The notes under the pieces were generated by a model that was not told the DNA's origin, made no database searches, and saw nothing but the letters and a program-made list of their open reading frames with translations. Positions 17,470 through 25,800 of a stretch of 64,000 nt of DNA are shown here, in pieces. Source of the stretch: a virus; the IMG/VR virus record IMGVR_UViG_3300043449_000947, positions 6,921 through 70,920 of that record, one strand, 5' to 3'. Numbering within the stretch: the stretch's first letter is position 1; every line of letters begins with the position of its first letter. Made by a program: the position numbers and the translations under genes.

Positions 17470-17758
17470 CAGCGCAAAATAGCGAACAGAAGGCCAGAGC
17501 TGCACATCGTAGCGCAATGCAATTAAAGAAAACGCGCTGAGAATTCAGCCAATACAGGCCCATTTATGGGCCTTATTTGGGTGGGTTTTCCCATCAGATG
17601 CAAGATAGTGCAAATACAAGAACCGCAAAACATAGCATCGAAAGCAAGTGAGCTGAGAATTCAGCCAGTGCGAGACTCTCTGAGTCTCCATCTGGGTGAG
17701 CTTTCAATAATTGATTTGCTCCGCCATGCATCGCATCGATAGTAAATTAAATGCAATG
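17470..17758 (+). ncRNA. array of three 5-nt-periodic tracts separated by two conserved hairpins (candidate guide-RNA array)
   Basis: Tracts at 17470-17534, 17596-17650 and 17709-17758, with consensus pentamer [C/A]ANNG. Identical 16-mer GCTGAGAATTCAGCCA at 17536 and 17652. Confidence 0.7.
17536..17705 (+). repeat. two ~55-nt structured repeats (17536-17590, 17652-17705)
   Basis: GCTGAGAATTCAGCCA-RTRC-[variable perfect stem]-YATY-TGGGTGRGYTTTC, spaced 116 nt apart. Confidence 0.85.
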
Positions 17759-17787
17759 TCTTTATCACTTCAACTCAGGAAATCATC

Positions 17788-18384
17788 ATGTCTATTGAAT
17801 CTATTAACGTAAAAATTTCCGGTATCCAACCTCTGCTGATGAGTAATCCGCAGACGGTGGATCGTTTCAATCCCTTTGCTAAAGAGATAGCCAAGATTAA
17901 CGCCAAGAAAACTCGTCGTACTGACGAAGATTACAGGCATCTGGCTGATCTTGAAGTTCGTTCCAAAGTCCATTGGTCTGACGATCATGGCGTGTTCGTT
18001 CCTAGCACTTGGTTGTTAGCAGCTCTGTGCAAGAACGGCTTTAATCTTAAGAAGCTCGCGAAAGATAAGATTCGCGGCTCGGTATTCACTACCGCTCCAA
18101 AGATCAAGCTTAACTACGAAGGACAGGATGTTGTTCAGACGCTTGATGATGTCGTAGGCAATCCTCGCTTTCGTTATCAGATGAACGTGAAGCAAGGACA
18201 GGTACGCATCATGAAGTCCATGCCTATCTTCAAAGACTGGTCTTTTGAGACTGAACTTGAATTTGAAAACACTCAGATCGATCCATCTGACCTCAAGGCT
18301 TTGCTTGAATACTCGGCCAAGTACGGTGGTTTCGGTGACTTCCGTCCTACCTTCGGTCGTTCTGTTGCAGAGGTAACCATCTGA
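17788..18384 (+). CDS. stand-alone Cas7/RAMP-like RNA-binding protein
   Basis: N-terminal strand INVKISGIQPLLM; VFVPSTWLLAAL at the position of the RAMP IPGSSLKGAL motif; W.F..ELEF strand; C-terminal Gly loop YGGFGDFRPTFGR. AGGA RBS. Confidence 0.75.
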   Translation: MSIESINVKISGIQPLLMSNPQTVDRFNPFAKEIAKINAKKTRRTDEDYRHLADLEVRSKVHWSDDHGVFVPSTWLLAALCKNGFNLKKLAKDKIRGSVFTTAPKIKLNYEGQDVVQTLDDVVGNPRFRYQMNVKQGQVRIMKSMPIFKDWSFETELEFENTQIDPSDLKALLEYSAKYGGFGDFRPTFGRSVAEVTI

Positions 18385-18812
18385 TGAAAACTAGAGAAGA
18401 CATCGTCTCTTGGTTCAGAGCAAATAAACTGGACCAGTATGGAGCTGTAATCAGAAGAACAGACATCCTTTCATTTGCCGATATAGAGGTTCCCGCAGTC
18501 GGTACGATGAAGGAGTTCGAACAGATTGCTCTGCTTGAAGTAGGTATCACTCAGTATCTGCGTGATCTTCTACTCAAGGAGGGCAAATACCTGAAAAAAG
18601 ATGGAGACTTCTATAGAATTCTCCTTCCATCCCAAAACCTTCAGCAGATCCAGTCGTACATGCGCTCCGCAGATAAGAAGCTACGTAGAGCTCGTATATT
18701 GAGCGTCAACACTCCTGTGCAGCATCAAGACATCGCTGACAATCTTAAGGTGCGCATTCACATGAAAGAACAGTCGACACGCCATGCACGTGCATACGGT
18801 CATGCTGTTTAA
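18384..18812 (+). CDS. hypothetical protein translationally coupled to the RAMP-like gene
   Basis: TGATG stop/start overlap. Basic helical C-terminus. Confidence 0.75.
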   Translation: MKTREDIVSWFRANKLDQYGAVIRRTDILSFADIEVPAVGTMKEFEQIALLEVGITQYLRDLLLKEGKYLKKDGDFYRILLPSQNLQQIQSYMRSADKKLRRARILSVNTPVQHQDIADNLKVRIHMKEQSTRHARAYGHAV

Positions 18813-18883
18813 GATCACCTCCTGAGGGTGAAGGACGCTTGCCGAGAGCGATATCTCGGCATCTATTCAATCAGGAGAGAACA

Positions 18884-19102
18884 ATGATCGATTTCGATGA
18901 GTGGTATGCAGAGAACTACCAGCTCTACACTTCAAAGAATGGGCTAGCTCTAGCGGCATGGCAAGCTGCAGCCAAGATGGAACGAGATCGATTGGTTCAG
19001 ACTCTCCTCAACAATCTAGAAGCTGAAAAGTGCTGGTGTGAAGGCATTCAGAAGTCTCTGAACGAAATCGACATAGTGCTCAAACAGAACAGATGGCTTT
19101 AA
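18884..19102 (+). CDS. small phage protein (FDEW...AWQAAAKMER family)
   Basis: AGGAG RBS. Paralog of 84-296 and 293-499. Confidence 0.7.
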   Translation: MIDFDEWYAENYQLYTSKNGLALAAWQAAAKMERDRLVQTLLNNLEAEKCWCEGIQKSLNEIDIVLKQNRWL

Positions 19103-19113
19103 CGGAGAAAACA

Positions 19114-19254
19114 ATGACTGCGCAAGAAAAACTGAACTACATAATCGAAGCAATCAAGACAATCAACCAGACGATCGACAACGAAGCGCCAGACCTCGCT
19201 TACAGACGTCTGTCGTTACTGCTCGAAGAGATAGAGGGATGGACCAATGAATGA
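19114..19254 (+). CDS. small hypothetical protein (46 aa, not in ORF track)
   Basis: GGAG RBS, ATG 19114 to TGA 19252-19254. Confidence 0.5.
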   Translation: MTAQEKLNYIIEAIKTINQTIDNEAPDLAYRRLSLLLEEIEGWTNE

Positions 19255-19456
19255 AGAAGAGAACTGGGTCATCATAAACACAGGCTGGAACGAAGGTATA
19301 GCGCTGCCGTTCTCAGACTTTGCAACCATGGCTGATCGTCTGATCCATGTCGGCGTCGACAATGACGCCATCACCGTCAAAGACGCTCTCAAGTTCACTC
19401 TCGTAAGAGGTGAAGTCATCAACGCTGCCCGCGTAAGGGCCAGAATCACCCAGTAG
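19247..19456 (+). CDS. hypothetical protein
   Basis: Last ORF of the + arm before the terminator. Confidence 0.6.
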   Translation: MNEEENWVIINTGWNEGIALPFSDFATMADRLIHVGVDNDAITVKDALKFTLVRGEVINAARVRARITQ

Positions 19457-19469
19457 GGTGATTTTTTTT
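19444..19469 (+). terminator. rho-independent terminator ending the + arm
   Basis: AATCACCC-AGTA-GGGTGATT followed by a T run. Confidence 0.8.
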
Positions 19470-19514
19470 GCTCAAAGAGCTGCGAATAGCCCCTTTTTCT
19501 GCTGTCTTTGAAAA

Positions 19515-19830
19515 AACCACAACAGACCTAACACACCCGAAATCGCTAAAAAGTGTTGTGATGTTGTGATTTTCAGCTGGCGAAAATAAGAATCACAACA
19601 GAATCACAACACCCTCAAACCCTTACCATCTCTAGCTTTCTTATATATTTGTTGTATGTTGTACTTTTTTTAGCTTACTCACTATAGAAATACAAAAATG
19701 TAAAAAAATAGAAAAAATGTTTTTCTATATATGACTTAGCGAGTGAAAAAACCCCAACTTCACAACAAGCCATGTCGGGCCTGCTCTAGCGACTGTTGGG
19801 GTCCGTTTTAGAAACTACAACTTCACAACA
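19515..19830. repeat. ACAAC/GTTGT iteron-like repeats around an AT-rich core (candidate replication origin)
   Basis: About 10 copies in both orientations, mostly as tandem pairs. AT-rich core at ~19640-19735. Confidence 0.6.
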
Positions 19831-22800
19831 CTACAGCCATTGATCGTACAGCTTGTATGCTGGTAACGCTTCCACGATCCACTTGTGCATTGACTCCGGA
19901 TCATCACTGCCTACAGCCTTGAGTCCTTTACGCATCTGTCCCAGTGTAGGACCTGCGAAGCTTTCGTACCCACCACCGCCCCAATCAACATCCTGCTGCG
20001 AGTCGATGAAGAACTGACCTACACCGGTCAGACCTGACCGTTCTACGCCTCTCTTCATGTAATCGACTGCACCCCAGTCTTTCTTATAAGGTGGTTCCTC
20101 ACCTGAATTGGCGATCATGTCCTTCGCAAAGTCTGCAGCAATCATTCCCGGCACATACAGAGAAGCGATTAAAACCGGTTTGAAGTTGCCATGCGACATC
20201 TCGTGTGTCAGACGATCGATGATTACCGCCTGAAAGCTCCACACGAACTGTTTAAGGTGCGAAATGAGTGCGAGGTAGGGGTTACTAGCCCATGCAGGCA
20301 ATTCGGCGCTAGAGGGGTTCAGGAGGCTCTGGTGGACTATCTTCTCCATAGCGTTCCTCAACTTGGCTTCCGTGGCCTTAGCCTGCTTCATAGTCATCTT
20401 CGGATTCAGCGCCTTGATTTCATCAGCCGTAAGCGCTAACCGGTCCAGATTTTCATCAAACATGATGTCTGGTTTTTCTAGCCCCAGCTCCTCCAGATAA
20501 CGAGCACTCTGCTCCTTACCAAAGAAGTCTTCAGAACTTCTTTGCAGGAAGGTATTCGCCGCTCTGACTGCCATGATGGTGTTGTTACGTATCCATCCAC
20601 TCAGCAGGTTAACTTTGAAGAACTTGTCGTTGATATCCTTCAATTTGCCTGACATGGTGATGCCGTCATAGCGGTTGTAGGCGTTGATCACCGTACCTGA
20701 GTCAGCGATGATGCCCCAGTCCTGAGCGATCTGCTCCCACTGATCTCGTGTGTACTCTCCATGCCACTCCTTGAACATGTTCTTCAACGAGTAGGTAAAG
20801 GCGTCCCACCCAGCCGTCACGCTGTTAGTGCGGATAGCGATGCCCAGCGGATCAACGAGCGACGAGAAGATAGCCAGAGGTAGGAGACGGATATTCTGGT
20901 AAGTAGTCATCACTCCCATCAGATCCTTCATCTCTCTACTCATACCAATTTCCTTGTTGCCCATCAGGCCATCAAGATAATTCTTGGCTAGAGCCAGATC
21001 GTCTGGCGTAGCGCCGTAACGATCCTGCGCTTCTTTGATCAGTGCGTTGAATTTCTTACCACCGTTACCGAAAGTGCGTACGAATTCAGCCTGACGTACT
21101 GCCTGCTTGATGTAGCGCGTGGCGGTATGTACTGGATCATCCTCCATGAACTTGCGGCGATCGGCTGCGTCGAGAAAGCCCAGAGTACGCGTGCGAGTAT
21201 GAGCAGCCATGGGCTCATTTTCATCACCCATGACGTTAACCAGATCTTCTCCTCTCTCCAGATAAGAGACGATGGAGTTATAGAGCTCATCCGGAGTCTT
21301 CATCAGCGTATCCATGTACTGCTTGTACTTGGGCTGATTGAGCATCTTGAGAAAACCTTCCTTGTCTGCAGCCACCTTCTCCGGATCGAAAGCTAGCGGG
21401 TAGTAGTTCTTGATCTCTCCAAGAATCACACCTGCGTCTTTCTGGTACGCCAGCACTTGGCTGTAGAACGTACGCAGCGCCTTGGCTCTGTTTGCTACGA
21501 GCGGATCGTTTGTAGGAATGCGCCCAGCAATCAGTGCATCGTGTACTGCCAGCTGCTGTTCTTCAGTCAAGTCGCCCAGAATCTTGCTGATTCTGTTCTG
21601 AAACGCTTGCGTCTCGTTACGCATGCGCTGAACCATACCGCTTTCGTTCCCATCCATACCTGTAGCCTGATAGCCCAGCTGAGCTATACGGGCTAGAGGA
21701 GGGATGGTTGAGTTATTCAGACGGTTGTACACCGAGGTGAAGATCACATCGTAGAGTTTCTCCAGAGCTAACAGAGCGTCCTTACCGACTTTGAGAGCCT
21801 TCTCTCCAGAGGTCATATTCCTGTCCAACACCCTCTGCAATGGAGTGGCTCCTCGCTTGGCTCTTTCACCACTAGCGAAGTCCTGCATGATCATCTCAGC
21901 CTTCATGTTGTTGTCCATGATGCTGAGGATGCTGTAGATCCAGTCTTTGATCTTCTGAAAGAGCCCTTCAGTCTTCGGACCTACCTTCAGTATCGAAGGA
22001 TCAGCTACCCACAACTGAAAACCATAAGCTGCAGCCTCTTCACCATTCTCCAACTGCTTCAGAACAGCCTTGTCGTTCTTGAAGTAATCGCGCAGCTTCT
22101 TAGCTACCGGTCCTTGTGTGAAGGCAGTAGCCAGAATCCTTCTTTCATCAGTGCTGAAGAAGAACTGGAAGGCAGCATGAACTGGTTCATGATCAGCTAA
22201 CGCGATGTTTTTCTCCGCACCCGCAGCCAGCTTGATTACACCGAGCAGTGCCTGATCTTTGGTAAGCCGCTCTTCTTCATTAAGCAGGCGATCGATCCCT
22301 GCCTTAAGCTGAGCGTCAGTTAGCTTGGATTCACGATCTTCAGGTTTCTGTTTGAGTTCTTTTACAAGATTTCTTCTTTCGTTAGTTACGTTTTCTATCG
22401 CTTCCTTGATATTGACGTACTCACCTTTAGCCTGATTCTCGAGCACTTGCTCGAACTGCACGGCTACTCTATGTCCTAGCAGTTTTTCTACTCTGGCAAT
22501 GAAAGCCTTCTGAGCTTTGCTGTACTCCCACGGCCCTTTTTTCGAACCCTTTTTAGGAGACTTCGGAGGCTTTGGAGGTTCGTTACCGAATAGATCAGTA
22601 GGCTCACCCCCACCGGGAGGAGCTTCCTCTCCCTCTTCTTCTCCTTCTCCCTGCTCTCCAAAGAGATTAGTAGGCTCACCTCCTCCGGGAGGAGCTTGTT
22701 CATTCTGATCGTTTGCTGCAGCCAGACTATCTACCCACTGTTTGAAAGTAGTAGATGGCTGCATCACCGCGATCACGTCATCAAAGAACTGCCGCATCTT

Positions 22801-25800
22801 TGCGGTGACTTTGTTCCAGAAACCGGCTTCTTTTACAGAAACCTTACCCGCAACTTTCTCTTGTACCGCATGTTTAGCGAACTGATTAGCAAACCACTCG
22901 CTGAAAGATAGGGTGTACCCCGGTTTGTTACGGGCGTCGTTTGCTTCAGCGAATTTTTTACCAGACCCAACCTCATCCATCTTGCTGCTATTCATGATGT
23001 CCTGCATAGCAGCTGGGTTTGAGAACTTCTCACCCAGTTCGAATAGCGTCTGAGAACCGCTGTTGAAAGCAGCCAAATCTGCTTCGTACTGAGCGTAGAT
23101 AGCATCCTTCACAGACTGATCTGCTGACAGATATATGTGGTACATCAGAGCATGGCCGAATTCATGCGCTAACGTAGTGGCGGTACGAAGGCCACGCAGC
23201 CTAGTAGGGTTTAGCTCGATGTAGTTCTTATTGGTATCGACATCAAAACGCTGCTGCCCATATCCTTGAATCTCACGATTGATAGAAATCGTAAGGTCCA
23301 TGTTTGGCGCGTATTTAGCGATCCATTCCTTGACGATTTCCTTAGCCTTTGCGAGATAGCGCCGATCTGTCAGCTCCATCTTGGCGATCTTTTTATCGGC
23401 CATACTAAGCAGCTGCTGCATCGTTCCCTTACGCAGCTGGGTAGTCTTCTTGATGTTCTCAATTACCGCCTGTACTTCTTGTACAGTTTTGGCTTTAGCT
23501 AGCTCTTCTCTAGCTTTCTTCGCGGGAACGACTTCAGCTTCGGAGTTCTGCTCTTGTTTCTCTTCCTGAGCAGGAGCCTTAGGCTGTCTTCTAGCCTGTG
23601 CTGCCCTTAGCGCCTCTAATCTAGCAGTATCTCCGTTTTTGATTGCTTCAGCTATCTCGAATAAGAGCCCTTCATCGTCCAGTTCGTCCAGCTGGAAAGG
23701 GTTGAAGAATGGTTTCTGCTCTTGCTTCTGTTTCTGAGTACCGCCTAGTTCTTTCTTCTTATCGGTCAGAGCCTTCAGCAGCTCCTTCCTCTCTTCTGGA
23801 ATAAGCTTGCTTTCATTACTCAGCTTTATGCCCGACAAGTCTTTAAGTGTTTTAGCCTCGCTGATCTGCTTACGTAACTCATCTACTCGTTCCAGCTGGA
23901 TCGGATAGATCTTCTCGCCCTTGGTATTTTTTCTATTGGCTCTAGCACGCGCAGCAGTCTCCTTGTGCATAGGAGTCTTTCTATACTCCTCCATTTCTCC
24001 TGCAGCACGCTCGTCAGCAGTGGGGTCTTGTCCAGCAGCAGTATCTACTGAGTCACTACCAGAGCCCAGTTCAGCTACGTCTTTTTCTGATAGCAGCCCG
24101 TCTAGATCGAAATTCCTCCGACCTTCGATCATGGGTATTCCAAGATCTTTTAGTATCTGGCGTCCGGTAGCAGCTTCTTTGGAATCGATGGCTTTAGTAT
24201 CGTATTCCTTCTTCGCATCTTTGAGTTTCGCTTTCTTGAACGCAGCTTCTATCTGTTCAGGAGATTTCTTCCTAGCATTCTTCTTTCTGGTAGCGAGCTC
24301 TTCGCGTTCTTCGTCTGTATATTTTCCTGCCTCAATACGCGCCTTCTCTCTCGCTAATATTTCAGAAGACTCGAGATTAGCGTCCTGAATGTTGTAAGCA
24401 TGTCCGATGAGCTGAAGACCTTGTTCAGAGATAGCTCCGCTACGGAAAGCAGAATTCAGTATGCTGTCTTCTTCTCGAACACGAGTGTCTCTGATTTTCT
24501 TTGGGTAGTTCTTCTTGGCTTCTGCAAAAGCCTTCTCATCCTTGATCCCCTTCTTTAGAGAATTCAGATGATTCAACTGCCCAACAAGCTTCGCGTACTT
24601 TTTTGTACCCGCCCTACTTGAATTTACGGCTTTCTGAACATTTTTGATCTCAGCGTTGAGTGCGCTCAGAGTCTCGAACTTATCTGCAGTTTTAGACATC
24701 TGCGCCAGCTTGGCAGACGTAGGCCATCCACCTTTACGGCTTTCAGTAGCCTTGCGAATAGTGAAGGGATCACCGCCTTTGTTATTGATGACCTTACCGC
24801 CTAGAAAGGCGTCTTCAGGTACTTCGACTTTTAGACGATTACCGTTGTGGTCGATGCCCAGATCAGCAAGAGTAGCGACCAGACTGCCATAACGATTGAA
24901 CGCATTTTGGTCAGGCGATTGCTTTTCATTGTATTCGCTTAGATAACTGTGGAAGGCACCACGGTTGTCTTCGGTAGCTGCCATGTTGGTCAGAGACATT
25001 GGATTTATATCCAACGACAAAGACCCGTCTTCGTTCAGCTCTTTACCCAGCTCTTTAGCGAACTCTTCAACACCTTCACCAGAAACTCGTACAGGGAACT
25101 GCGTGTTTTTACTGTTGTTGTATTGAGGATCAGCGAGAGACTCGGTTATGGTTTTGGAATTGAATGGAGACAGCGCGGTTTCTTCCAGATCGACTTTGTT
25201 GCCGTCCTGATCGTACAGACCGTTAGTCTGGCCGGATTCATCGAGCAGCTCGTCACTTTCAGTTGGTTTGAAGAAACCCCCAGAGTTATCGAACCCGTCC
25301 GTATCGACAGAACTTTCGTCTGCGGCGGCAGAGTAATCTCTAGCATGCAGCTTACCGGCTTTAGCCTGTTCTGCTTGTTTCAGAGCGTCGTCGCTGGTTA
25401 CTGATAGATGCGCGTACAGCTCCTCAGGAGATAGATCGGTCTTGCTAGCTAACATCTCCAACAAACCGGCCTGATCGTCGGACATGTCTTCCAAACGAGT
25501 GCCAGCTAACTCCTGAAGAACAGGTACAGCTTCAGTGCCTAGTTTTTGGTCAACAGCCAGCGCTTCGATATTTGATTTAGTAATCTTGTGCGTAGCTACA
25601 TTGTTCTCTCTATTGTTATAGGCGTTGATTACAGAGAACAGATCGGTACCAGTGCTGTCTTCCCATGCCTTGGCGATATTGGCACTGGCTGGATTTCTCT
25701 CGAGAGCTTCTGGTGTGTATTGAGCGGGATCACTAGCGGCCATAGAGAACAGCTGAGCCAGATCTCTCTTATCGATAATCGTAGAACCCTTCTGCTCGAT

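Noticed and set aside
17326-17526. 66-aa ORF over the RNA-like cluster
   Set aside because: TTG start without a clear RBS, crossing several stems and a periodic tract. Likely spurious.
17536-17705. Canonical CRISPR array
   Set aside because: Only two repeat units. Their cores differ in sequence, the intervening tracts are themselves periodic rather than spacer-like, and no cas1/cas2 is present. Reported as a distinct array instead.
19677-19687. ACTCACTATAG match to the T7 promoter core
   Set aside because: Single copy, upstream specificity bases differ, and no T7-like RNA polymerase gene is in the window. Probably chance.
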